Source: an uncultured Gemmatimonadales bacterium (GTDB lineage Bacteria > Gemmatimonadota > Gemmatimonadetes > Gemmatimonadales > GWC2-71-9). From it: 64,000 bases of DNA. The first letter of the stretch is position 1, and each line of letters begins with the position of its first letter. The stretch covers positions 352,001 to 416,000 of the forward strand of contig CAVUAK010000003.1 of assembly GCA_963739455.1 (NCBI GenBank). The letters are read 5' to 3'. A model generated the notes under the pieces. It searched no databases. It was not told the origin of the DNA and saw nothing but the letters and a program-made list of their open reading frames with translations. A program made the position numbers and the translations under genes. Of this stretch, positions 22,545 through 33,411 are shown in pieces.

Positions 22545-24197
22545 ATGAAGGTGTGGCGACAGCGCGGCCTTGAAGGTCAATCCCTGCGGCGTGTATTCCA
22601 CGCGGCATCGCTCGGCGTGGTCATTGCCATCGCCGGCTGCGGTGGCGGGGAAGGCCCACCCGACGTGACCCTTCAATCCATTGAGCTCACGCCGGCGTCG
22701 GCCACATTGCAGGCAGGCGCCACTCAGGCATTTACCGCCACCGGACATTTCAGTGACGGCAGCAGCGCGGCTGTCGCGGTCACGTGGGCTGCCACGGGCG
22801 GCACCATTTCTTCAACCGGCCTGTACACGGCGGGCCTGGTTGCCGGCAATTACCAGGTGGTGGCGACAGAGCAGGGCGGCACGGTCAGCAAGGGCGGCGC
22901 GGTGACGGTGACCGCTGCCCAGCCGGTGCTCACGAGCATTTCGGTTGCACCGTCGACCATTGCGCTTGGCCCATCGGCGACCCAGCAGTTCACCGCCACG
23001 GGCCACTTCAGTGGCGGCGGCACCGGTAGCGTCGCCGTCAACTGGACCGCAACCGGCGGCACGATCACTTCCACTGGCCTCTATACGGCAGGCTCCACCG
23101 TGGGCCCCTATGTCGTAACGGCCACGCTCGTGGGCGGGTCAACCGCCGGCACGGCCGCGGTCACCATCACTCAGTCGCCTCCGACACTGACGAGCATCAC
23201 GGTGGCACCGGCCACTGTCGTCCTTGCGCCAGGCATCGCGCAGCAATTCACCGCTACTGCGCACTACAGCGACGCGAGTACCGCAACCATTCCGGTGGAT
23301 TGGACAGCGACCGGCGGCACGATTGACGCGGCGGGCCTCTACACGCCAGGCGCAACCGATGGGCCCTATCTGGTTTCGGCCACTGCGACAGGTACTTATA
23401 TCACCGGTACCGCCAATGTGACGATCACCACGGCACCGCCGAACATTGTGGCTATCGAGGTGTCGCCTGCCGGCGTGCGCATCAAGCCTGGCGATCCCGC
23501 TGCACAGTTTACGGCGGTTGGGCGACTCGGCACGGGTGGCACCGTGCCGGTCGCGGTGAACTGGACCGTCACGAGCGCTTCACCGCCAGCACAATGCTGC
23601 AATACGATCGCCGCTGACGGACGCCTCACGGCGGGGGGTTCGGTGGGGACGTACGTCGTCACTGCAACCCAACAGGCCGGTACGCTGTCGGGCACCATGC
23701 CTTTCAACGTGCACCAGACCGGTGGAAACTCTGTGGTGGGCCCGAACTTCTGGACCCCGACCGCAGGGATTGTCTACCTCTGCACCAGCAATCACTTCAC
23801 CGACGACGCCCTCACCAATGGTGCGGTAGCGACCATCACGGCGCCAACTGGCGTTCAGGTTCCAACCGTCACTTATACCAATGATCACGCGCCGGTACTG
23901 TACCCGAGTGGCGACGGTGAGGTCGCGGTCGTCTGTCAGCAGGTCTGGAGTGCCCCGCTCGGGCTGGTCGGTTCCGTGAATGTCACGATTTCCGTGGCGT
24001 CCAATCGCCCGGGAACCGGCATGGCGAAGGTCTTCAGCTACGAGACCTCGCGGGTCCCCCCACCGCAAGGTCGGGCAGACTTCAGCCAGATACTCGACTA
24101 CTCGCCGGCCATGACCGCGAATCCGGTCGCCATGACGGTTGTCGTAAGCGCCACCGCCGGCGCCAACATCTGGTTCAAGAACACCGACAAGCCGTAG
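22545..24197 (+). CDS. surface lipoprotein with four Ig-like (Big_2-type) repeats
   Basis: Lipobox IAGC; repeats of L.SI.V.PA...L..G.TQQFTATG..S.G....V.W.ATGGTI...GLYTA; Thr/Gly/Val-rich; start uncertain. Confidence 0.8.
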   Translation: MKVWRQRGLEGQSLRRVFHAASLGVVIAIAGCGGGEGPPDVTLQSIELTPASATLQAGATQAFTATGHFSDGSSAAVAVTWAATGGTISSTGLYTAGLVAGNYQVVATEQGGTVSKGGAVTVTAAQPVLTSISVAPSTIALGPSATQQFTATGHFSGGGTGSVAVNWTATGGTITSTGLYTAGSTVGPYVVTATLVGGSTAGTAAVTITQSPPTLTSITVAPATVVLAPGIAQQFTATAHYSDASTATIPVDWTATGGTIDAAGLYTPGATDGPYLVSATATGTYITGTANVTITTAPPNIVAIEVSPAGVRIKPGDPAAQFTAVGRLGTGGTVPVAVNWTVTSASPPAQCCNTIAADGRLTAGGSVGTYVVTATQQAGTLSGTMPFNVHQTGGNSVVGPNFWTPTAGIVYLCTSNHFTDDALTNGAVATITAPTGVQVPTVTYTNDHAPVLYPSGDGEVAVVCQQVWSAPLGLVGSVNVTISVASNRPGTGMAKVFSYETSRVPPPQGRADFSQILDYSPAMTANPVAMTVVVSATAGANIWFKNTDKP

Positions 24198-24317
24198 CCT
24201 CGGGCAATTCGCCCCGCGCCTCCCCGGCGCGGCAGTCCTAAGGTCAAGCGGCACAACACCCTTCACATCGGCATCATCCCTGCACCCGGAAGACATTTTC
24301 CCTTCCGGAGTCGCGTC

Positions 24318-25430
24318 ATGCCAAGAGTTGCGCGTTGGGCCATCTGGGCGCTCCTGCTCGGCGCCTGCAGTGGAAGCGATACCACCGATCCACTTTCGCC
24401 GCAGCTGTGGTCAAGTGCCCAGCCATCCGCCACTGCCGGCAGCGAGTCCATTCGCCTGCACGTGATTCTCGCGCGCGCCGGTGAGGTGTCGTACGCCGTC
24501 TATTCCACACCGCAGTCGAGCCTCACCGCAGCGCAGGTGCGTGAAGATGCCGATGGTCTCGGGGGTCGCGCGCCAGTGCGCGCCGGAAAGAAGGTGATTG
24601 CGCAGGCCCTGGTAGAGGACACCGTCGCCGTGCTCCTGGAGGGATTGACCCCTGCGCAGGCGTATTACGTCTATCTCGCGGGCACGCCCGCTTCCGCCGA
24701 TCCCGCGCCATCCGATATCGAGGAAGTCAGGACACTGAGCACCACGCTGGCCGAGCGCCAGCCGGCGACATCGCTGCAGAGCACGACGGTGAGCGGGGCG
24801 GTAGGCTACTACGCTTACCTGCCCGAGGATCACTACCTCCGCCCAAATGAGAAACTTCCCCTGCTCATCTTCCTCCACGGCTCCGGAGAGAAGGGCAACG
24901 GCACCACCGAACTCACCCGTGTCCTGGTGCATGGGCCACCCAAGCTGATCAAGGCCGGTCGCGACCTGCCGTTCATTGTCATCTCGCCCCAGCTCCCGTC
25001 GGCACAGGGTGGATGGCCCACCGGGCTCGTGGACGAGCTCATCAACAAGGCCATTACTGACTATCACGTGGACACCACCCGGATTTACGTCACCGGGTTG
25101 AGCATGGGGGGCTACGGCACCTGGGCTTACGCCGTCGCGAAGCCGGGCCGGCTCGCCGCCATCGTGGCGATTGCCGGGGCCGGTAACACTGGGCAGGCGT
25201 GCAACATGAAGAGCGTCCCCGCGTGGGCATTTCACGGGGACGCTGATGGCACGGTGAACGTATCGGGATCGGTGAACATGGTGAACGCGATCAACGCATG
25301 CTCACCGCCACCGTCGGTGCTGGCACAGCTGACCATCTATCCGGGAGTGGGCCACGATTCCTGGACCCGCACCTATGACGGCACGGCGGGACATGACATC
25401 TACACATGGATGCTGCAGTACCACCGTTAG
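24318..25430 (+). CDS. lipoprotein alpha/beta-hydrolase (COG4099-like esterase/peptidase)
   Basis: Lipobox LGAC; PLLIFLHGSGE, nucleophile GLSMGG, FHGDAD, YPGVGHDSW. Confidence 0.85.
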   Translation: MPRVARWAIWALLLGACSGSDTTDPLSPQLWSSAQPSATAGSESIRLHVILARAGEVSYAVYSTPQSSLTAAQVREDADGLGGRAPVRAGKKVIAQALVEDTVAVLLEGLTPAQAYYVYLAGTPASADPAPSDIEEVRTLSTTLAERQPATSLQSTTVSGAVGYYAYLPEDHYLRPNEKLPLLIFLHGSGEKGNGTTELTRVLVHGPPKLIKAGRDLPFIVISPQLPSAQGGWPTGLVDELINKAITDYHVDTTRIYVTGLSMGGYGTWAYAVAKPGRLAAIVAIAGAGNTGQACNMKSVPAWAFHGDADGTVNVSGSVNMVNAINACSPPPSVLAQLTIYPGVGHDSWTRTYDGTAGHDIYTWMLQYHR

Positions 25431-25439
25431 GCGAGCGGG

Positions 25440-25847
25440 CTACCGGCGCGCGGGAGGGAGGGCGGGGCGAAACTTGTAGCCGTACACGATGACGCCGTCT
25501 TCACTGTCCTCGCGCACCCGGCGGGTTACCATCTCCACCCGCAGGCCGATGGCGACGTCGTCGTGGCCCACGTCGGTCAATTGTGCCGCAATGAGGGGAC
25601 CCTCGTCCAGGCGCACGAGTGCCACCGGATACGGCGCGAACTCCTCGTGCCCCGCCGGGGGGTGGTACACGAAGGAATAGGAGTAGACCTCGCCCCCGCC
25701 GCAGAACCGGTGCGGTCGCATCGACGAGACCCCGCACTCCGTGCACACGGAGCGCGGTGGGAACATCCGATGGTCGCACGCCGTGCACTGTACGCCCTCG
25801 AGGAGGTATCGCTGCGCCTGCTGGCGCCAGTTGTGCGGGGCGCTCAT
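25440..25847 (-). CDS. DUF35 Zn-ribbon/OB-fold scaffold protein
   Basis: CTAC...FPPR.VCTEC, GEVYSY, PY.VALVRLDEG, YGYKFRP; coupled to the thiolase. Confidence 0.9.
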   Translation of the reverse strand: MSAPHNWRQQAQRYLLEGVQCTACDHRMFPPRSVCTECGVSSMRPHRFCGGGEVYSYSFVYHPPAGHEEFAPYPVALVRLDEGPLIAAQLTDVGHDDVAIGLRVEMVTRRVREDSEDGVIVYGYKFRPALPPARR

Positions 25848-27004
25848 GCCATCGCCTCGAGGATGGTCGTCACCACCGTCGCACCGCTGCCCCCGATGTT
25901 CTGTGTCATGCCGAGGGTTGCGCCGGGTACCTGGTTCACTCCCGCCTCGCCGCGCAGTTGCAGGACAGCCTCCACCAGCTGGTACATCCCGGTGGCGCCA
26001 ACCGGGTGCCCTCGGGCCTTGAGGCCACCCATCGTGGTGATGGGGATGCTTCCCTTGAGCCCGATCTCGCCGTCCAGGCCAAGCCGCACGCCCTCGCCTC
26101 TCACGGCAAAGCCCGACGCCTCGAGTGACAGCACCGACATGATCGTGAATGCGTCGTGCAGCTCGAAGAAGTCGATGTCCGCCGGCTTCACCCCGGCCTG
26201 TTCGTAGGCCCGGGCCGCACTCGTCGCGGCACCGCGCAACTCGAGGATGTCGCGCCGGTCATGAAGGGCAATCGTGTCGGTGCCGATTGCCGATGCTCGT
26301 ACCCGCACCGCCCGGCGGCCCATCGCGCGCGCCGTCGTCTCGCTGGTGAGGATGATTGCGGCTGCTCCATCGCACACCGGTGAACTGTCCAGCAGGCTCA
26401 CCGGGTCAGCGATCATCTTGGCGCGGCTGAAGTCGTCGGCGCTGATGGTGAAGGGGAACATCGCGTGATCGTTGCCCACTGCGTTCTGATGCGCATTGAT
26501 GCAGAAGGGAGCGAACTGCTCTCGAGTCACCTGGTGCTCGTGCATGTACCGGCGCATGAGGAGCGCGTTGAGCGCCACGAAGGAAAGCCCCTGCCGCGCC
26601 TCGTAGTCGCCGTCAGCCGCCATGGCGAGCGAGGCCGTCACCTCGCTTCCCGGGCGATCCGTCATTTTCTCGACACCGACCACCGCCACGACATCTGCCG
26701 CACCGCTGGCAATTGCCATGCATCCGAGCCGGAGCGCCGCGGCCCCCGATCCGCAAGCCGCCTCGACACGCACCGCCTCGATACCCTGCAGCCCTGCGAA
26801 GTCGGCGATGAGCGCGCCGAGATGCTCCTGCCCGGTCAGCTCACCCGCCATCATGTTGCCGACGAACAGGCTGGTGACCCGGGGGGAACCCGCGTCATGA
26901 ATCGCGGCCAGCAGTGCCTCGACCGCCAGGTCGCGGAGCGAGCGATCCCAGTGCTCGCCTACGGCCGTCTGGCCTGCCCCGATTATCGCGACGCCCGGGT
27001 TCAT
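25844..27004 (-). CDS. acetyl-CoA acetyltransferase, archaeal/SCP2-type thiolase
   Basis: VEAACGSG catalytic Cys, [34 protein letters not shown]. Confidence 0.9.
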   Translation of the reverse strand: MNPGVAIIGAGQTAVGEHWDRSLRDLAVEALLAAIHDAGSPRVTSLFVGNMMAGELTGQEHLGALIADFAGLQGIEAVRVEAACGSGAAALRLGCMAIASGAADVVAVVGVEKMTDRPGSEVTASLAMAADGDYEARQGLSFVALNALLMRRYMHEHQVTREQFAPFCINAHQNAVGNDHAMFPFTISADDFSRAKMIADPVSLLDSSPVCDGAAAIILTSETTARAMGRRAVRVRASAIGTDTIALHDRRDILELRGAATSAARAYEQAGVKPADIDFFELHDAFTIMSVLSLEASGFAVRGEGVRLGLDGEIGLKGSIPITTMGGLKARGHPVGATGMYQLVEAVLQLRGEAGVNQVPGATLGMTQNIGGSGATVVTTILEAMA

Positions 27005-28059
27005 TGGGCGAGCTGCCGGCGGAAGCGGGTGTACGTCGCGTAGTCGATTGGGACACGCCGCTCGATGTACTGGCGCGTCGTGGCCGCGGCATACTGTCGC
27101 TCGGTGATCCGTTCGGTGACGCGGAAGCTGAATGCGTCGCTGCCGGCGCCGCTCCCAAACGAGACGGCGAGGATGCGCTCACCCGGGGTGGCCTGGTCGA
27201 GGATCGCCGTGAGCCCGAGCATCGTCGCACCGGCGTACGTGTTCCCGATATCGTTACTGAGGAGACCGCGCGAGACCTGTTCCTTCGTGAAGCCGAGGTC
27301 GGTCGCCGCCTTGGTCGGGAACTTCTTGTTGGGCTGGTGCAGGACCACATGCGCGTAGTCGCGCGCCGTAGTGCCCAGTGCCCCAAACAGTTCCTCGGCG
27401 GCATGGGCCACGTGCTTGAAGTACCCTGGCTCGCCGGTGAAGCGACTGCCGTGTTGCGGATACCGTTCATGCTGCCGGCGCCAGAAGTCGGGTGTGTCGG
27501 TCACGAACGAGACCGAACCCTCGAAGACCGCGACCGATTCTTCAGCCGGTCCCACGATGATCGCCGCCCCGCCCGCCCCCGCCGTGTACTCCAGGGCATC
27601 ACCGGGTCGCGCTTGCGCGATGTCCATCCCGATCGCGAGCGCATAGTCGGACATGCCGGAGCCGGTCAGCGCGATGGCGGCCTGGAGTGCCTCGGTTCCT
27701 GCCTTGCACGCGAACTGCCAGTCGGCCGCCAGCGTGTACTCCGACACGCCAAGTGCCTCGGCCACGATCGTGCCCGTGGGCTTCACGGCGTAGGGGTGGC
27801 TCTCGCTTCCCACCCACACCGCACCGATGAGGGACGGATCGATCCCGGCGCGACGCACTGCGTTGCGGCCAGCCTCGATGGACATCGTCGCCACATCCTC
27901 GTCCAGCCCCGGCACGGACTTCTCCCGGATCGGGAGCGCCGCCTCGCCACCGTCCCAGATGCGCCCCACCTCGCTCGCCGGGAGGCGATAGCGCGGCACA
28001 TAGGCGCCGTAGCCGGCGATGCCGACTTCACGTGCTGGCTTCATCAGGTGTGATTGCAT
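27001..28059 (-). CDS. hydroxymethylglutaryl-CoA synthase, archaeal type
   Basis: [75 protein letters not shown]. Confidence 0.9.
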   Translation of the reverse strand: MQSHLMKPAREVGIAGYGAYVPRYRLPASEVGRIWDGGEAALPIREKSVPGLDEDVATMSIEAGRNAVRRAGIDPSLIGAVWVGSESHPYAVKPTGTIVAEALGVSEYTLAADWQFACKAGTEALQAAIALTGSGMSDYALAIGMDIAQARPGDALEYTAGAGGAAIIVGPAEESVAVFEGSVSFVTDTPDFWRRQHERYPQHGSRFTGEPGYFKHVAHAAEELFGALGTTARDYAHVVLHQPNKKFPTKAATDLGFTKEQVSRGLLSNDIGNTYAGATMLGLTAILDQATPGERILAVSFGSGAGSDAFSFRVTERITERQYAAATTRQYIERRVPIDYATYTRFRRQLAQ

Positions 28060-28211
28060 CGTGATGGGCTGGTCCGGTCCAGGGGAAACCGGCAGCGTGT
28101 TGCGGGCCTCCAACAATGAGAACCACAGTTCCCCTGTTGGACGCTCGAAACCACTGCTCCGGCCCCTGACATGGCAGGCACCATGCCATGTTGGGGCGGA
28201 GGCTCGGACGG

Positions 28212-31200
28212 TTATGCGCTGCGGCGGACCTCGTCGGAGACGAGGGGCTCGACCAGCGACCGGCGCAGGAACGCTGACCGCGTGGCGGCGATGAGCGCGG
28301 GCGCATTCCTCGGCGCAACCCGCCGGAACATCCCACGAACAGCCTCCCACTCGACCAGCAGTGTCCTGGCGCGGGGGCTGGCCGTCTTTTCCTCGTGGGC
28401 ATGGATCAGTCGGTGCAGCAGCTGCTCGTCCTCCTCCTCGAGCGTCTCGAGCGCCACCATGTCGCTATTGACCCGGGAGTGGAACGTGCCCGCCTCGTCC
28501 AGTACGTAGGCCAGGCCGTTCGACATGCCCGCCCCGAAATTCCGGCCGGCCCGTCCCAGCACCACCACGATCCCAGCCGTCATGTATTCGCAGCAGTGAT
28601 TGCCGGCGCCCTCGATGACCGCAGTCGCCCCCGAGTTGCGCACGGCAAAGCGATCGCCTGCCTGGCCCGCGGCGAACAGCAAGCCGCCGGTGGCACCGTA
28701 GAGCGCGGTGTTGCCGAGCACGAGATGCTGCTGCGACTGACTGGCGTACGCCGCACGCCGAAAGTGCCGGATCGTGATCTCTCCGCCCGACAGACCCTTG
28801 CCCACGTAGTCATTCGCCTCGCCCTCGAGTTCGAGGTGCACGCCCTTGCTGAGGAATGCCCCGAAGCTCTGTCCCGCGCTGCCGGTGAAGCGCAGCCGGA
28901 TCCGCCCCTCAGGCAGTCCCGTATCACCGAACCGCCGCGCGATCTCGCCCGACACCCCTGCGCCAACCGCCAGGTGATGGTTCCGGATCGGGTAGTGACT
29001 GGAGAAGGGAAGCCCGCTCTCCAGGTAGGGTGCCAGTTCCTCGATGATCTCGCGATCGAGTGACACGAGACCCGGGCGGTTGTTCCGTGCCTCGGTGCGC
29101 TTCCGCGTCACCGTCGTGGCGCCCTTGGGTGGTGCCAGCAGCATCGACAGGTCCAGCAGCTGAGCCCGCGGCACGTCGGGATGGTCTACTCGCACCAGCA
29201 AGTCGTTGCGCCCGATCACTTCCTCGAGCGTGCGCGCACCGAGCGAGGCGAGGATTGCGCGCACCTCCTCGGCCACCAGAGTGAAATACGCGATGACCTG
29301 CTCCGGCGTGCCCTTGAACTTGGCCCGCAAGTCATCGCGCTGGGTCGCAATCCCCGTGGGGCAGGTGTTGCTGTGACACTGCCGCGCCATGGCACAGCCA
29401 AGTGCCACGAGCGGCGCGGTGCCGAAGCCGTATGACTCGGCGCCCAGGAGCGCGGCGATCACCACATCACGGCCGGTCTTGAGGCCGCCATCGGTGCGCA
29501 CCTCGATGCGATGACGCAGGCCGTTCCGCACCAGCGTCGCCTGGGTTTCCGCCAGGCCCAGCTCCCAGGGCGAGCCCGCATGCTTGATCGACGAGAGCGG
29601 CGAGGCGCCGGTCCCGCCGTTGTGCCCCGCGATGAGCACATAGTCCGCGTACGCCTTGCACACGCCCGCCGCGACCGTACCGACACCGGACTCCGCCACC
29701 AGCTTCACGCCGACACGCGCGCGCGGGTTCACCGTCTTGAGGTCGGTGATGAGCTGCGCCAGGTCCTCGATGGAGTAGATGTCGTGATGCGGCGGTGGCG
29801 AGATGAGCGGAATACCCGGCACTGCATGGCGCAGCCGCGCGATCAGTTCCGTCACCTTGTGCCCCGGCAGTTGCCCGCCCTCACCCGGCTTGGCGCCCTG
29901 CACGATCTTGATCTCGAGTTCCTCTGCGCGAACGAGGTACTCGGTGGTGACACCAAACCGGGCCGACGCCACCTGCTTGATCCGGTTGTCGAGCCGGTCG
30001 CCGTCGGTGGGTGTCCGGAACAGCGCGGGGTCCTCGCCGCCTTCGCCGGAATTCGACTTCGCATTCATCCGGTTCATGGCGATCGTGAGCGCCGCGTGCG
30101 CCTCGGGCGACAGGGCACCGAGCGACATCGCTGATGACACGAAGCGTCGGCGGATCGATTCCATCGGTTCGACTTCGGCCATGGGCACCGGCGTGCCCGG
30201 CCGGATGCCCAGCAGGTCACGCGGACCGGCGGGACGCCGCCCGCGATGCTTCGCAAGGAAGCCGTCGTACGCCTCGTCGTTGGTCGTGCCGCCCTTCACC
30301 GCCTGCTGCAGTGCCACGACCACCGGCGGGGCCCAGCCGTGGTCCTCGCCTTCCTTGCGGAAACGAACCCGGCCAAAGTCGGTCAGCCCTGATCCATCGA
30401 GCGCCGCCTCGTACGCGGCGGCGTGACGCGCCACCACGTCTTCGGCGAGTTCCGCGAAGCCGACGCCGCCTATCGGTGAGGTCGTGCCCGAGAACGCGGC
30501 GTCGATCACCTCGCGGCCCAGGCCCAGTGCCTCGAAGATCTGCGCCCCGCAATAGGACGAGAGCGTCGAGATGCCCATCTTCGAGAGGATCTTGAGCAAC
30601 CCCTTCTCGGCGGCGGTGCGATAGCGCTCCACCGCCTCAGCCGGGGTGGGTCGCGGGGTATCGGTCTGCTTCTTCGGCGCCTCCGCCTCGCCGAACATCG
30701 ACTCGACGCTGGCCAGTGCCAGCCATGGGTGCACCGCTTCGGCGCCGTAGCCGATCAGGCACGCGAAGTGGTGGATGTCGAACGCGTCGCCCGTCTCGGC
30801 GACGAGGCCGACCCGCGCACGCAGGCCGGTGCGCACCAGTTCCTGCCGGACGGCACCAATCGCGAGCAGCATCGGGATCGGCGCGCGCGTGGGACCGGCC
30901 GCGCGGTCGCTGACCACCAGGAGCTTGGCGCCGGCGCGCACCGCGCGTACGGCCTGGCTCGCCAGCAGCTCGAGCGCGGGCCGGAAGCCCTCGATGCCGT
31001 CGGCCGGATCCCAGATGGCATCGATGATCTCGGTGGGGAAGCCCCGCACGTTGAGCAGGCCCGCCATCTCCGTCGCCAGCAGCACCGGGTGCTCCACCCG
31101 CAGCATGCCGGCGGCATTCGGGCGCTCGACCAGCGGCGACCCGCGCCGGCCCAGGTGCATGCGGAGCGACATGACCATCGCCTCGCGGAGGGGATCGATC

Positions 31201-32829
31201 GGCGGGTTGGTGACCTGCGCGAAGCGCTGCCGGAAATAGGCGTACGCGCTCTGCGGGGTGCGCGCGAGCGGCGGAATGGGCGTGTCGTCGCCCATGCTCC
31301 ACACGGCGTCCACGCTGGTGGTGGCCATCGGCTCGAGCACCAGGCGCAGGTCCTCGAAGCCATAGCCGAACAGCCGCTGCCGCACGACGAGTTCATCGCC
31401 GGCGGGAGCGGGCAGTGTGCGGATCGGGTCAGGCACCAGCACCGCCATGTAGCGCCGCACCCACGTCTCGTACGGGTGGCGTCCCGCCACCTCGCGCTTC
31501 GCGTCGAGGTTGCGGATCACCTGGCCACGCTCGAGGTCGGCCACGAGCACCTCGCCCGGGCCCACCTTGCCGGTCTCGACGATCTCTTCCGGCTCGAGGT
31601 CGACCAGGCCCACCTCCGATCCAACCACGACGAGGCCGTCGTGCCGGATCTTGTAGCGGCAGGGCCGGAGGCCGTTGCGGTCCACCGATGCGCCGGCGAA
31701 TCGTCCGTCGGTGTAGGCGAGCGCCGCCGGACCGTCCCACGGTTCGTGCAGGATCTGGTGGTACTCGTAGAAGGCGCGCACCGCAGGGTCGACGTCGGGA
31801 TATTTCTCCCACGCCTGCGGGATCATCATCATCGTCGTGTGCACCGGGTCGCGCCCGGAACGCACGAACAGCTCCATGGCATTGTCCAGGCTCGCGGAGT
31901 CGCTGCCATGCGGCCAGACGACATCCTTGAGCCTGTCCTCGCGCCCTTCCCAGAGCGGTGACTTGAGCATCGGGGTCCGCATCGTCATCGCGTTGCGGTT
32001 GCCCCAGAGGGTGTTGATCTCCCCGTTGTGCGCCAGGAGGCGGAACGGCTGCGCCAGGGGCCAGCTCGGGAGGGTGTTCGTGGAGTAGCGCTGGTGGAAA
32101 ACGGCGACCGCGCTCTCGAACTCGGGGAAACGGAAGTCAGGATAGAACGCCGGCAGCTGGGTGCCCTGCAGCAGCGCCTTGTACACGATGGTTCGACAGG
32201 AGAACGACGGCACGTAGAAGCCGGGCAGGCCCAGCGCTTCGGCCCGCTGCTCCATGGCGCGCCGGGCCAGGAAGAGCGCACGCTCCCACCCGTCATCGTC
32301 GGCGACGCGCTCGGGACGCCCCACCAGCACCTGGCGGATTACCGGCTGGCTCTGGCGCGCGCCTCCACCGAGCGCAGCTGGGGTTGACCGGTACGTCGCG
32401 CCAGCCGATCAGGGGCAGGCCGTCTTCCTCCAGCACCTTTTCCACTACCTGCACCGACTGGGCAAGCGCCTCGGGATCGACCGGAAGGAAGAACACGCCG
32501 ACCGCGAAGGGACGCCCCGCCTCGAGACGCAGCCCGAGGCGGTAGGCATCGCGGTAGAAGAGTCGGTGCGGAACCTGGGTCAGCAGCCCGGCGCCATCTC
32601 CCGAGTTGTCGGTGGAGGCGGCGCCGCGGTGGGCCACGCGGGCCACCGCTTCGAGCGCCATCTGCACCACTTCGTGTGAGCGGGCTCCCGATGACTGGGC
32701 CACGAACCCGACGCCACAGGCGTCATGTTCGCGGAAGGCGTCGAGGCCGGCGGTGTCCGCGACGCGCGAGTGGGCCCCGCGATCGGGGTCGGGAGTGGCC
32801 GAGCGGATCCGCTGCCCTGGTGCGGCCAT
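28212..32829 (-). CDS. gltB: glutamate synthase large subunit (frameshift near 32370)
   Basis: [10 protein letters not shown]-terminal nucleophile, [70 protein letters not shown]. Confidence 0.95.
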
Positions 32830-32876
32830 GCTTCCTCCTGGTGGTGACGCCAGGCTGGCCGGAGAGGCCGGGCCTG

Positions 32877-32908
32877 AAAACGAAAACCCCGCTCGCCTGG
32901 GAGCGGGG
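32877..32908 (-). terminator. attenuator terminator in the gltB leader
   Basis: Minus strand CCCCGCTC-CCAGGC-GAGCGGGG-TTTTCGTTTT, about 50 nt upstream of the gltB ATG and in its sense. Confidence 0.8.
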
Positions 32909-32934
32909 TCGGGGGCGCGCTACTGCACGCTCAA

Positions 32935-33009
32935 CTACCCGGCCGCTCCCAACGAGCGCGGAGAATTGACGAGAATAGCCGTGGCGACCTGAAGTCGTGC
33001 ATTCAACAT
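32935..33009 (-). CDS. putative gltB leader peptide MLNARLQVATAILVNSPRSLGAAG
   Basis: 24-codon ORF rich in AT-rich codons atypical of the window; its 3' part is complementary to the downstream terminator. Confidence 0.55.
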   Translation of the reverse strand: MLNARLQVATAILVNSPRSLGAAG

Positions 33010-33104
33010 GACTGCATACTTATACTGTGGGATGCATGGGTCAAGTGGCGCGCGCCCGCAGCACCACGTTGTGGGGGGCGGTTTCGCCGGGGCAAATGCC
33101 CCAC

Positions 33105-33134
33105 TTGACAGGCGCCCCGGCGCTTGGGTACCCT
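33105..33134 (+). promoter_or_regulatory. putative sigma70 promoter of the leu/ilv operon
   Basis: TTGACA-18 nt-TACCCT upstream of the leader peptide. Confidence 0.45.
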
Positions 33135-33222
33135 CCCAGTCCGGCGCAAGGGTATTTTTATGCAGCCGACGCCGCCCGGCACCCGCGGGTGGCCCAGAAC
33201 CCGATCGCAGTACACGGAAACA

Positions 33223-33330
33223 ATGAATCTGAACGGCTTGCTTCTGGTCCTCCTTGGTGTCCTTCCGGTCCTTCTTATTGGACGGGATGGATTCCGCGGC
33301 GTGCCGGTGGCGAGCAAGATGAGTCGATAG
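33223..33330 (+). CDS. leu/ilv operon leader peptide MNLNGLLLVLLGVLPVLLIGRDGFRGVPVASKMSR
   Basis: 35 codons with 9 Leu (5 CTT), 5 Val and 1 Ile, directly upstream of a terminator and leuA. Confidence 0.85.
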   Translation: MNLNGLLLVLLGVLPVLLIGRDGFRGVPVASKMSR

Positions 33331-33354
33331 CAGGACTCGCTTAGACCAGCAGGG

Positions 33355-33390
33355 GCGCCGCGGACCAACGGGTTCGCGGCGCTTTCGTTT
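33355..33390 (+). terminator. leu/ilv attenuator terminator
   Basis: GCGCCGCGGACC-AACG-GGTTCGCGGCGC-TTTCGTTT; TCCGCGGCGT in the leader ORF can pair with the 5' arm (antiterminator). Confidence 0.85.
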
Positions 33391-33411
33391 CCGGCCCCAG
33401 GGAGAATCGGC

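Noticed and set aside
28060..28350. N-terminal extension of HMG-CoA synthase
   Set aside because: It overlaps the gltB 3' end and the intergenic hairpin; family similarity starts near MKPAREVGI.
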